Below, piece after piece: positions 51,380 to 64,000 of a stretch of DNA of 64,000 bases; position 1 is the stretch's first letter, and each line of letters opens with the position of its first letter. The stretch comes from Adineta vaga (lineage: Eukaryota; Animalia; Rotifera): positions 3,658,001 to 3,722,000 of the forward strand of contig CP075492.1 in NCBI GenBank assembly GCA_021613535.1, given 5' to 3'. Position numbers and translations under genes: made by a program. Below the pieces are notes generated by a model. That model worked only from the letters and a program-made list of their open reading frames with translations, was not told where the DNA came from and did not search any database.

Positions 51380-51845
51380 AGCTTCTGGCCAATCAATGGC
51401 TGCAATAGATTTATTTCCGCATGCCGGTCGATTTAAATCTGAGATGCGAAAAATATCTACAGGTAATATTAGCGTCTTCTTATTTTCGTGTGTAACAAGA
51501 AGATGACGAAACTTCTCGGCATTCTCATTCAAATGAATACTGATACCTTGAGTAATCGCTACCCAGAAGTCTTCAACAGATAATTCAAGCGGATAATGAT
51601 CGCAATATGCCTTGAAAATCGTGGCTACAAAAGCATTTTTAACACGATGAGCAATATCCTTAATCATTGGGTAATTTGTTTGTCCATTCTCAAAAAGAAA
51701 GGATTTACTTTCTCTTGCTATTTGATTTATCTACCCAATGATTCAGATCTTCGGATGTGAAAGCCCTTGATTGAGTATGTTGTGTTTTACAGGGAATGAT
51801 GTTTTCTGTTACACAGAACGTGATAGTGGCTGGAGCAGTAGTCAT
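51380..51845 (-). pseudogene. DUF4419 gene, 5' part (upstream of the transposon insertion)
   Basis: ATG 51845 MTTAPATITFCV..., then NAFVATIFKAYCDHYPLELSVEDFWVAITQGISIHLNENAEKFR, the typical DUF4419 N-terminal motif. Confidence 0.85.
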
Positions 51846-52110
51846 ATGTCGTTCTACAATAAGAAGCAATAGCATGAGTAAAAAGACTATCTGGCAAGAT
51901 AATAAGCACTAACTGCACACTTTTCATCCTCTCATTTCTTCTTCATCTATAGAATATGATTAGCACAATCAAGTGTCGCTATATTTATCGAGGGTGACGT
52001 TTATTGAACTCAATGTGTAGAATATTAGCACAAAACAAAAAGCTCCTGATACATATATCGTGTTATTGTGCTAAAATTTCAGCCCTAACATGTATGATAA
52101 TTGTTATTTG

Positions 52111-52440
52111 TCATAATGCGGGTTGCGTACTCGATGTGTGTTCGTCGATAACTATTTTGTCTTCAGACTTGTATACATTCATCTCCTTCTTATTCAACGA
52201 TTGAGTATTCAATGTTTCTTTGTCTTCAATAACAGAACGATTTGTCGATTCGCTGACCAGTGGAGATGTCGGCAATGATATCACTTGATGAGCTCCACCA
52301 GAATTTCGACGAGTACATGACGGTCTCACCGTTCGAAGGAATGATCTGCCGAATCGACGTAAAGATCGTCGAATTCTCCAAGTCGTTGAATTATCCCACG
52401 TTGGAAGTCTGGCTCGTAGTGTTTTGCCATTATCTCCCAT
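52111..52440 (-). CDS. Small hypothetical protein
   Basis: 109-aa ORF with higher GC than its flanks; no recognisable motif. Confidence 0.35.
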   Translation of the reverse strand: MGDNGKTLRARLPTWDNSTTWRIRRSLRRFGRSFLRTVRPSCTRRNSGGAHQVISLPTSPLVSESTNRSVIEDKETLNTQSLNKKEMNVYKSEDKIVIDEHTSSTQPAL

Positions 52441-53697
52441 ATTTATCGTCTTATTCTAGAAGGACTACAATTCAAAGATAGACACAAGAAATACTGGCGA
52501 AGGTAGAAAACATATATACTCACACTGCTTATAAATGTAACTGATGATGAAAATGAAACAAAATTTATGCACGAATAAAAATCAGAAAAATTCATTTCAA
52601 TGGCTTCAAAGTTGCTCTTTTTATGTCATCTCTTTGCTACAATGTTATTGAAGGGAAACGATTGTAACAACGTAAAGAGAGCCGTAACAACAACTACAAA
52701 ATGATTCATCAGCAGCAAAAAAAAACAGAAATCTGTCCTTGAGAAGTTTGATTTTGATGAAATATTTTTCAAGACATAGAAATAATTACGTGAACAAAAA
52801 AAGAATGATTTTATTTTGTTGAGTTTTAATAATATATTTCAATGCTATTGAGTAAAAAAATTTACAGATATACATGATCAGTACTCAGTCTCTTGTTAGT
52901 TGCTCGATGCCACCTTTATTTCAAGTTTCATCAATAAAAACTATTAGATAGAATCATTCCTTAGTGTATTATACATTTTTTAGTATACGAATCACTTGAT
53001 GAGGCTGTTGTAGTATTTATAATGATGATGTTGCCTCTATTTTAGAGAAATGGTTTATAATCTGTTAAATGTAATTTAAAAATGGAACACTTTTTTATTT
53101 CTAATATCTGACGATATCTTCTCTTGTCTTTGTGTTACTATGACGTTCATAATAACAACATTCTTTAACGCACAAAACCGTTGACGATGAGTATGATTGA
53201 CAAGATTACGATTATACCAAAGGGCGAGCATAGATGAACCAAGCAGCCACTAGGACTTTCGGTTTGTATATACTACAAGAGAATTGACATTCAGTTCAAG
53301 ATCAATTGAAGCAAATGATGAGAATAATTCCCAATCAATTTCACCTCTACAATCTTGCCAAAAACACCACAATCACTAATGCAAAATATTGATGAATGAA
53401 GAAATATTTCAAATATATTTAATATTGTTAGCTTTGAAATTGTTCAACTGAAATTATTACGACGATTTGACAGCGTAAATATAATTCTCTAAATCTGCGA
53501 TGAAAAATATCATAAATCTCGTATTGTTTTTTTTTCATTTTTGATGAACACAATAGAAACTGATCTGATACAAAGAACACATTCAATATTGATTCTTAAC
53601 TTGCGTCTTCTATTGAGTGGTATTATTCATTCCTTCTTGTCAACAGAATTAGGAATTTGATATTTCGTTCGATAAAATGCATTTCTATATTTTTTGA

Positions 53698-55150
53698 ATG
53701 GAACACGACATGTCTTCGATGAAACGATTAAAGAAAAGTTCTCATCATTTAAATCTCCTAAAAATATTACTGGCTGCATTACCAACGATTGTTTTCGGTG
53801 TATTTACAATCGTTTTTACTATACAACAAAATGCCTCTGCTAGAGCGACACGTGAACAAGATCAACGACAAGCTGATGAAACCAATCGACGTGTTATCTT
53901 CAAAGAATATATTGATGATATGAAAGAACTTCTTCTCGATGAAAATTTCAAGGAAAATTCATATAAATCTTTATTACATATGCGCGTTCAAACATTAACT
54001 GCTTTAAGAAATCTTGATGCCGATCGTAAACACGACATTATTCTTTTTCTTTACGAAAATCATTTAATTCGTCATGATAAATCACCTAATATTGAATTAC
54101 ATGGTGCAGATCTAACCGATGTAAAATTTGGCAAATCATCAATCGAAATTTGTGATCTAACAAATATTTCTTTACCAGGAATATCTGCTCAGAATATTCA
54201 ATTTGATGGTTGTCTTTTAACACAGGCACGTTTTAATAATGCACTGATGAGTAATGCGAAATTTCATTCTTGTCAATTGGCATATGTAAATTTTGTGAAA
54301 ACAAATTTAACTAATGCACAATTTTGTGATAATCAACTTTACTATGCAAATTTTACAAATGCTTTACTTACTCGAACATCGATTAAAGGTGGAGTTTTTC
54401 AAAATGTTGATTTAATCAATACAGATCTGTATAAAAGTGATATAAATGATCAATTATTATATCCATTGACAAATGGCGGTGTCATGCCGAATCGATTTTG
54501 CAATATGCGTTTTCCGAATGGATCATTTAGTAAGATATCGAATAGAAATTTAGTTGGTGCAGTTGATACACAAGTTCGTGTCGTAGTAAACTCATTTTTT
54601 TCTATCGGTTTTGTTCAATTTTGTTTTAGTGTCGAACAAACACAAATTTCACATGGCGAGATCTTCTTACTGATCGACCAATAAACATTCTTTCGAAAAA
54701 TTTATCTACTATTCACAATAGTTGCTTCTTTATGATTGATAAGAATCAAACGGCTGTTCATATTGTTGAAATTCATACATTTTCTCTTTTGATTGATCTT
54801 GAACAGGCAATATTTAATCTCTCGACATATCTTGGAGTTCAAAATCCGAATGTTAATGATGAAATAACGATGATAATACATTTTCTGCGAGATGAAGGAG
54901 GTTTCGATGCTACACATTCTGCTAAAAGTTAGTCTTTTTTTCTTGAGTAACATCGTTTCTTTTATTTATTTAGTTTTTTAAAGAATCAATCAAAAATCAT
55001 TCATCGATCGGATTTTATTCGTTTATCAATGAGATTCGTCCGAAAACAAAGTATATAGTCATATCATTTGTCTGTAATCCAATTAGTAGTAACAATCAAA
55101 AATGTCTTTTTGATCAAGTTGAATTTTCAATATTCAAGAAAATTATTTGA
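53698..55150 (+). CDS. Membrane-anchored pentapeptide-repeat protein (3 exons)
   Basis: TM segment, RVQTLTALRNLD...IILFLYE, and A(D/N)LxxA/F pentapeptide repeats. Later exons at ~54630-54927 and ~54973-55150. Confidence 0.85.
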
Positions 55151-55513
55151 TTTTGTTTTTCAATGAACAAATACTCATAATGACTGGATTGACAGTGAAA
55201 GTACGTTCTTGTAACGATATACAGACGCCTTAAAATACTAAAAGTATTCGAAAGCTAACTTTATGCATGATTGAATATGAATTTTCGATATCAGAATGAA
55301 GCCCCCGATCTAGATCTGATTCTCTTTTTGATCTATCCTGGAAATATATATAAAAAAAACTGTTTTCAAATATTTGTTGATGACAAATCAAAAACGATGT
55401 AATTCGTGATTCTTTTTTTCCCTTTCATAATATAAAAGTTTATTTACAAACAAAAAATTTCAAAAAGACATTAACTAAATTATAAATAAATGAATACTAA
55501 AAAAGAAAATATA

Positions 55514-55998
55514 CTACAAAACAGTCGATTCTTCAGATGAATAAAACTCTTCCAAACAACAATTACCAGCGGCGATTTCATGATTAGTTTTGATATTTTT
55601 TAAATAAGTTACATGCTTTAGATTTGGTTTTCCACAAAGACATTGATCACTTCGGATGGAAATTGGAAGTGACTTCATGACGATCCATTCCTTTTGAGAA
55701 AAAAGTTCAAAGATTAGTCAGTTGTTTCAATCAACGAAATTTTAAAGATCTAATAATCCATGTCTAGACAATGCTATATATTCATGAATCTTACCTTTTT
55801 AATCTCTGACCAAGTTTTAGTACAACTTAATTTAGTTATTTTCACTCGAAACTTATCACCGGGATTCTTTTTCAAAGGTAACGTTTTAATCAATGGAATA
55901 TCTTTTTTTTTCGATGAATTATTTCCGAATCGACTTCTTATTAAACCTGATTGTTTAAGTACCTGTTTCATTAATTTCGTTTGTGTTTGACGACCCAT
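55514..55998 (-). CDS. Small basic protein with EW...CLCG...N...GNCC putative Zn-binding motif (2 exons)
   Basis: The splice joins KLSCTKTWSEIKK|EWIVMKSLPISIRSDQCLCGKPNLKHVTYLKNIKTNHEIAAGNCCLEEF. Confidence 0.6.
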
Positions 55999-57648
55999 GA
56001 AAAATCTAATTTAAACAATGAAAAATTTCTCCGATAAAGTGAAAGATCAATATTATTTGCGCAATATAGTTTAATTAAGAGAGAACAGTAATAATCTACT
56101 TGTTTCTTCTTATAAAGATTTAGTCAAAGGTATGAAATCTATAGAACGCGAGATACGTGTGAGCAAAGGTAAAGGTCAAACACCGGACGCCGCGAGTGGA
56201 TCAAAAGGAAAAGAACAAATTAACTATGTTCACGACGGACGATAAACAAAACGGACGAATATACGTCCGCTCTAGCAAAGAGTAATGAAGGCGAAAGAGG
56301 TCAAAGAAAAAGCGACATCTATAATAATAACTGACCATTGGACATTCATCGATTGGTTTGTTTCAAGGATGATAGAGAAACAGAACGAACAATAACGTAG
56401 TGAAGGGATACTGCAAATACTTACGAATGAGCTCAAATCGTGAATGGTCGAACTATTTATAGAGAGAGAGAGAGAAAAGAGAATGATAGATAGAAGACAC
56501 CGCTACTCTATTGGCGGGATACCAGTGTCCTTGATGAAAAAAAGCCTGGAGAACTAAAATAGAAACTGCGTTATTCAGTAGATGTCACTTTATTAATTTT
56601 AGATACGTGCTGATGCATCACTGAAAAGACACAGAAAATTATCATATCGATAATTCTGTTGTATAATTGTTAGCTGCAATAAAAATACTATGCATTTCGA
56701 ATACTCACATCCTCGTGAGACATCCAGACGTAAGCGCAACGGACAATTCTGTTCAATGTATATTTCAACAACCAACACACTTGTATTGACGATGTTTAGA
56801 TCTATTTATGAATAATATCGATTGACTATATAGTTGATCTTTCTTCGTTCATCAATAAAGATTGTTACAATATTCTAAATTTAGTCAATAAAAAAAAGAA
56901 AGAATAATTTATTTAACAATCCTTCAAGTTTTTTTTCTGACAGTAGAATCAGTAACTAATGTTTTACTTTGAATAAGCACCTTTGTGAATATACAATTCA
57001 AACAAAAAAATGCAAATTTCCCTATCCTATCTAATTTTTGTTCTAAATCTCAATAGAATTTCTTCTTTTTATTGTTTTCAAAAAAAATCAAACCTGTGAA
57101 ATCTTTTCTAAAACTATAACAATAAGTCAATTATTATTAACAAACAATTTCCGAAGTCCACTTTATTTCAATTCATTTCCCATCGATCATCGAACTATAC
57201 TAATATGATTATCAAAGAAGAGACAAGTACTTTATTTCCAATTAGTACTGGTATGACTTTTCTGCTAATTGATTCCATTCACATGATTGTTTTATTATCG
57301 AATAGGTCTTCGAATGATGAATGAGTTACCTGAAAGAACTCATGTAGATATTATCTGTACTTCACCAACACCAACGACTGGAATTCTTAAAGCTTTTTAT
57401 AGAGTTCATAATATTTCGAATTGCAAATAGTAACATTACATCAACATGTCAATTGATTGTTAGAGACACATCTTTCATCGATCCATGTTTCGGACAATAC
57501 AAAAAGTTTTCGTTAACATATTATTGCATGAATTAATTCTGAAGATTATCTTATCATATCAAATTGGGAAAATAACAATCATAATTGAAAGACTGATTTG
57601 GTTTCTCACAAATACAATAGGATAGAAGCATTTTCTTTTTCTTTTTCT

Positions 57649-58548
57649 TTAAAAAAAGTTATACATTGCAAAAAGAAACATAAATACCATAATATTCGGA
57701 GAGTTTCCAAGCAAAAATGATGCATGATTTGTTGTTGTTGTTGTTGTTATTTGTGTTGTGAATTGACTAGTTGGTGTGAAAGTAGTTGTTGTAGTGATGA
57801 ACGATACATTAATATGTAAAGGATATTCACGTGCTAACATTTGAAATATTTCCGTGACTGTTGTATTTTCAGCACAGTTCGGCGTGTTACAGTAATAGCT
57901 TCCCAAAATATCAGGTTTGGGTACTTTGTTATGTAGGGAGTATGATTGAGTCCATTCAAGCTTTGGAAAATCATCAGGATTTTGACATGTACTATTAAAG
58001 CGAGTATAATAGTAAGATGTGTGAACATATTCAACAAAACAAAAGGATGAATTTTGAGAACAAATACTATCGTTAAAACATCGAATAGGTTCTGTGTTGT
58101 TCGGATCATAAAGAACAGAAACAAGCTTTTGACGAAGACGTTCCATTTGTGGTGCAACCATTGCTGATAAGAATGTTTCACGTGCAAATTCAATATCACA
58201 ATAATCAGATACCGAACATATATAATCAAAAATGACTTTGGTCGAAGTATCATTCAATGAAAATATTGTGAAGATGTTAATCAAATCAATCGTTAGATTT
58301 GAAACAAATCCACCACTGAAAAATCCATTCACAAGACCTGTTTCAAAATTTATGCCGAAGAGAACTGCTCATTCTTCGTGGATGTTATCATTTAACTTTA
58401 ATGATGAACAAAAATCAGCGGGAGCTGAAGAATTTAATGGTATATCATGAAAACTGCATTCTTTGGAACATCGAATCGATTCAATAGGTTGTATCATCGA
58501 TGCAATGAAGATGATAAAGAATGTATAACGAATGAAACACTGTGTCAT
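57649..58548 (-). CDS. Secreted Cys-rich, probably GPI-anchored surface protein with one in-frame TGA at codon 60
   Basis: ATG 58548 with signal peptide and IRCSKEC; TGA at 58369-58371; YYCNTPNCA, Thr-rich stalk and hydrophobic C-terminus. Confidence 0.7.
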
Positions 58549-58916
58549 GACGACAAATATAGTAGAATATTGTAACGATTTGAGAACAAATCTTTTATAT
58601 TGTTTTGAGTCATATCAGTTTTACATTCTTTTATTTAATCAATGATAAAATAATCTTCTTTTTTTCCTTTTGTCCGTGTAGCGCTTTCTATGTAGTGACA
58701 TTATATAGATGATTAACTGAATAAATTCTTTTATTCTATCTTGATTGCTAATACTTTAAAAGAAAGCGTGGGTTAGTCAGTGTTCGTTTATCTTTCGTTA
58801 ATGAGTCAAAAACAAAACTATATCATAGTAGGAAGATTTATTCAGATTTTTCATGTTGCTTAAATGATTTTAAATGATATTGTTAGTGAAATATATGATT
58901 AATGACTAAAAGCATC

Positions 58917-58990
58917 GCCTGAGTAGCATAATTGGTTAGAGCATTGGTCTAATAAGCCAAAGGTTGTGAGTTCAAGTCTCACCTCAGGTA
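58917..58990 (+). tRNA. tRNA-Ile (anticodon AAT)
   Basis: Acceptor stem GCCTGAG/CTCAGGT, D arm with TGG, anticodon arm TTGGT-CTAATAA-GCCAA, T arm GTGAG-TTCAAGT-CTCAC, discriminator A. Confidence 0.93.
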
Positions 58991-59393
58991 TTTATTTCAT
59001 CATTTTTTGGTGAAATCTTACTTGCACAACACACAGAATAGAAAAAAATGTAATCCTAAGACGAATCATATTGGAATTACTAAATTAACAAACAATTGTC
59101 AAAGTCCAATTTCTTTCAATTCCTTATCTATCGCCGATCAAACTACTACCACCATCTTAAAAGAGATAAACTCTTTTCTTCTTCATTTCTTTCTTTTCAA
59201 ACAGTGCTTCCTGTAGATATACAATGCATTTCACCAACTCTAACAATTTGAATTCTTCATGCCTTTTTATGAAATTCACAGTCTTCCGAATTTTAATTGT
59301 CACACAAGTCCTTGTAATAAAAGGAATATAATTCAAGATGAAAAGACTTTCTTATAAGATAAAAAACAAAAAAAACGTTCAGAATTGAACGAT

Positions 59394-59998
59394 TCATGAT
59401 GATTCTGTTGACCCAGATATTGTATTTTCTTTCTCTTGATTATGTGAGAATACAGGTGGCGACTGACTAAACGCTTCGGACATTGCATTTAGTAAATTCT
59501 GCAAGTTACTATGCGGCTAAAATAAAATCACGAATAATAATTGATATGATATAAAAATAGTTTCTCTTTACATAATGCCACTTAAGTAATTCTGGAACGA
59601 TGACTTCACCGTTGAAATCAATTGCTTTACTCACAGGTGATATATACATATTTGATGTTGGTTTAACATAAACTTTGGGTCTTCCTTGTGGATGATCTTG
59701 TTGAAGCCATAATTCAATTGGAATATTATATCGATTTCCTTGGTATTGGCATGCAACTGTACCAAATAAACAAAGTAATTCTTGTGATGTTCCATCATTG
59801 AAATAAAAATTATCCAATTTCAAACTGAAGTGATTATTTATTGAATGAATACCTTCAATTATATCCCCATAAACAAAATCACGATCTGTCGGCTTGAAAA
59901 ATAAAATACTTTTTTCTTCTTTGAAATAAGTAGTTGATTCATTCTTACTCGTCTCGTTCAATAATTTGTCTGATTTCAAAGGGAGATTGTTTCGGCAT
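59394..59998 (-). CDS. Stand-alone UEV-domain protein (TSG101/Vps23 N-terminal-like); 5' exon structure unresolved
   Basis: LLCLFGTVACQYQGNRYNIPIELWL...PKVYVKPTSNM...NGEV...LLKWH, then SNLQNLLNAMSEAFSQSPPVFS. Confidence 0.8.
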
Positions 59999-60583
59999 AA
60001 GAAATTCAAATGATATTATCTACAATTAAAGATATTGTCAAGTATATCTAAAACGCAAAAAAGAATTCTGAATGATCTTATGTCTTCGTGTGTAAAACTT
60101 TGAAAAACGTGCATCATATATAGTATACAAAATATTTGGTTTTTTCCTCAAGGCTAACGTATATAACTGAAAATTTCCTTACATCGCACTTTATCTAAGT
60201 GAGATTATAAAATAGAATTTTTTCATTCTATTTCTTCCTCGTGTTTAGTTAATATAGGTAATCGAATGTTTGTTTAGTAATGAAAGTCGGTATGAGTCAG
60301 TTTATTGCTGTGAGATTTTTCCCACCGATTCTTTTTGCATAATCATATTTTTCGACACACAGCCATCATCTTATTTCATGTACGAATAAGCAAATATGTG
60401 ACTAGATACGACTGAGGATTCTTTTGTGAATGTTACACGATCAGTCACATATAAATTTCTATATATTGATATTTATTCATATGCTTTCAAGATTATAGCA
60501 TATATTCAAGTGAATGAAAAATAGTCTATTATCATCCTTAAGATTTCTTTTTCTCAATATGTACGTAAATGCTCGATGTTATT

Positions 60584-61168
60584 CTAAGACCGAAGATTGG
60601 TTTTTGTCTTTAACTTCCAAACTGGTTTAATAGATAATTTTTTGATTGTTTTAGTGGATTGATCCGGATTTTTCAATTCATCTCTAATTTCCAATAACAT
60701 TTTCATTTGTTTCTCGGATGTAACTTCGGTATCCTTCATAGATTCAAAGAGATCTTCCTCGATATAGCTACTATGCGTAAAAAAATCCACCACCTTTTCT
60801 CTAATTTTTTGCAAACAAGTAGTGCGTTTCATGTCACGAAATCCGTAGAGTCGGGAACGGTTTGTGGGTATGGTATAAGTATTTGCCCAATAATTATGCC
60901 CTGGCTCAACATTCTCACTCTCACTTACACCCACCCATCAATGGAAATCAAACGGATTATTCGTCGGACCTTCAACCACAATCATTATCAATCAATGCCC
61001 AATGAGCAGCCAAAATCAATTTATCGTAAAAGGTAAAAGTTTGAAAACTTTTAGATCAATCATATCTATAAGACAAGAGACAAAAAGTAAATGATGATTT
61101 TGCATAAAAAGAATAGAAATACATCCAGAAGCATTATAAATGGTGAAGGTGTTGGATCATATTGACAT
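60584..61168 (-). pseudogene. Degenerate small membrane protein gene
   Basis: Hydrophobic upstream segments broken by stops, continuing into the 116-aa ORF. Confidence 0.35.
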
Positions 61169-64000
61169 ACAGGCGATAAAAAGATATATGTATATGATCC
61201 ATATATTTTCGTTCCTCACGTGTATGTGTTGTTTCTCTTAGTCATTTCTTTCTTTACGCGTACGTTCGGCACTTTCGTTCTTCATGCGAAAGAAAAGAAA
61301 CTATATCATGGAATAAACTGATACATTTAATAAATAGAACTTTTCTAATCACTTTTGCGCAACAAATATCATAGTTGTTATACTTCTACAGAGTTGCCGA
61401 GGAATACTATATATTATGATTCTCGGCTATCAAAGATATATTGATATGTTAACCGATAATCATCATGTGCAGAATTATTTGATATAGAGAACATTGATTG
61501 TATGAACAAAACTAATTATTTAACAGTCATTTGTGTATCTGCCATCGATATTATTCTGATTATTTATGTAGGTTATAAATATAAAGTTTAAGAAAATATT
61601 GAAAAACTAGAGTAAGCTACTATTGAAAAGAGAGACGAATTATCTCTCCAAAACTCAAAACAACCTTCGAGTCACAATGATCTGTTTTTCATTTGTTCGA
61701 TAATTTAATGTGAGAAGTAACTAGTGGTTAACTTTCTTCTCCAAGTCCATTATCTATCGCACCAGTAAGATGAATTATTCAGTGTACCTGAAGAACACAG
61801 TGCAAGAATGTTGCCTTTTGGCAACATATTCGGCCGTAAAGGTACAATAATTTGGAAAAAGTCAATTGTTTTTTCCAATGAAAGTCCTATCATTTGATGT
61901 TGGTTTTACTTCAGACTGTCCAACGAAAGCATACTTTATTCATCTGTTCACTTCTTACAGCCTTAAGATGGTATATATTCCAATAATGCTGAAAAGCTTA
62001 CCAAAACAACACAAATATCAGCTATTTTCTCGAGGGAAGTTCACGAATTTAGTGAGATTCTAACAAGATTCGTAATTCCCTTTTCTAAAAGAAAGGGTTT
62101 TACGGTGTATCAAAGTGCTTTAAATTTGTCGGTTTATTCCCGCCAAGCTGGTAACATACATTGACTTACGTTGTATATACATGTTTGTCTTTTCTTATAC
62201 TGGCAAAGAAATACAAAGGAAAGACAAACTGTGTAGTGCAGCCTCATGAAAAGAAACACATGGATGAAAGACATTAATTCATATCCGACTTAAAAGCATG
62301 TGTATGCATTGCACGGTTCGTTGATTCACTTAAATAAACGTTACTTGGAAAAAACCAAGCAACTTTATTGAATATAAAGATATGAATGAGCTTGCTTCCT
62401 ACATACACAAAAACCACTTCAATACATTTCAGCACTGATTTCCATCGTAAGTATACTTAATTATCTATATATGCATTTGTCGACGAAACACAACACTTCC
62501 GGCATAAGTATTTGTTTCAGAATTTGAAATGAACGTTTATAACACGTTTTAGAGCAAACTTGAAAGCGTAAGAAAATATATCTTATTACTCGCAAAAATT
62601 GCTCGTGTGAGTCTCTAAAATGCACACATGAAGCATTAGTTTCAGTACTATACGGTACAATGTATTCTGTCTTACTTCGAAACTACCCTTGCTCCTTAAT
62701 GTCAAGCTCTGAATCCCTCTATAAAATGTTGTGAAGAGTATGACTATATTGATTTGGGCAAAATGTGCAACTTCGAGCAGAATTTTTTTCGCAAACATGC
62801 AACGATGTATTTTCTTTATTTCAGGAAAAGGTAAGCGAATGCGTTGGATCTGCGCTACTTACGTTTTATAATAGTCTGAATAGGAATAATATGGTGTGCA
62901 GTAAATCTTGTTAGAATCTCACAAAATTCGTGAACTTCTCCAGGGAAAATAGGTGATATTTGCGTTATTTTGGTAAGCTATTGAAAATGGAATTAGATAA
63001 CCTCCACACCTAAATGACAAAGAATATAAAGAAGTAGACTTTTTTGGATGCTATCTTCTGGTGACCGGCTGGAAAGGGTTCAGCACATTTATCTTTGATT
63101 GACTTCCCTACGTGAACGTAGCGATACAGCATCAAAAGTTTGATTACATATAGACTCTTGTAAGTATTCTTATTTATGTATTACATTAGAATAAAAACAA
63201 AGGAAAATCTGAGTTCCATCAATCGACTGGATAAAAATTCAATTGTTCGAAACTAGTACATTTTCCAGTTGACATTACATCATAGTTCGTAGAAGATCGT
63301 TGATCAACAACTAGAACAAAAGAAAACGAAACGCAGTTGTTAGATTGTGCGAAGTCATGCTGCTCTTATCGAGAACAAGTTCATTGTGATAATATTCGCA
63401 TTGTTGGCTGCTACAATAACGAATTTGATGGCATGATGTTGTTTGCACCGTTTACTGTTACGGTGACTGACCTGTCGACACTATGGTGTCCGCACTATAG
63501 ATTGTTATTAGTGACTTATATGACGGCACAATGGTGCCCGCACCGTTGTCTGCTACGGTGACTTTGCTAATTATACCTAAAATATTGTTTAGAATAAAAT
63601 TAAGATTAAAAACAAGAAGAAAATCAAAAATATTGATCTTCTAAAGATACTTCGTTTTTTGCAAGTATTTCGCATTGAATTTGTATAGAAAACGTCGATC
63701 TTATTACTAAAATAATATCAAAAATATTTATATTTTTTTCGCATCATACAATTTACTTGCTATTATATATCTGATTGACCATTCATCAATAAGATGTGGA
63801 TCTTTATTCTACTTCAACAAACGGTTCTTGCATATATAATCATGAATCGATCGAATCATTTGAAGCGAATTTCGCTTCTGATAGAAAATGAGAGAAATCA
63901 ACCGTTTTTATAGTATGATCAAAGAGCGAGAATAATAATTGCGAAATGATACATTGCGAAAACGAATATTAATGACTTGTTATCATCAGTCATACAGAAA

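Noticed and set aside
56100-56560. Purine-rich patch with (GA)n and a short gacggacg/cgtccg inverted motif
   Set aside because: No convincing TIR/TSD pair or RNA structure; probably promoter or low-complexity DNA.
61700-64000. Short ORFs and a slightly GC-richer patch near 63400-63560
   Set aside because: No motif, TIR or coherent exon chain that I could support.

Overview
AT-rich (roughly 30% GC by eye) eukaryotic DNA with many short (~50-60 bp) GT-AG introns and a tRNA-Ile(AAT). The gene repertoire (ART-TPR, FG-GAP, NHL, pentapeptide, F-box, orphan 7TM expansions and several genes of non-metazoan type) strongly suggests a bdelloid rotifer such as Adineta or Rotaria; this is an inference. 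Highlights: (1) A secreted polyprotein precursor (18647-20333, minus) with 16 tandem Trp-periodic peptides (WFDGWF[NS]GWNVNL[NG]L[FL]-G-KR) separated by acidic spacers ending EELQR. It is predicted to release many C-amidated 15-17-mers. A decayed tandem paralogue with a homologous promoter sits just downstream and is absent from the ORF track. (2) A complete 6888-bp CMC/EnSpm DNA transposon (44492-51379; 13-bp TIRs, 3-bp AGC TSD) with a spliced transposase and a second gene, inserted into a DUF4419 gene whose reading frame is restored when the element is removed. (3) Bacterial-type rmlA and rmlB arranged head-to-head, plus other HGT candidates (OPT transporter, pentapeptide protein, PsbP-like protein, DUF4419). 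(4) Two ADP-ribosyltransferase architectures, a CheD/NTAN1-like Cys-His deamidase candidate and numerous pseudogenes. All family calls come from motif recognition by eye; no database searches were run.
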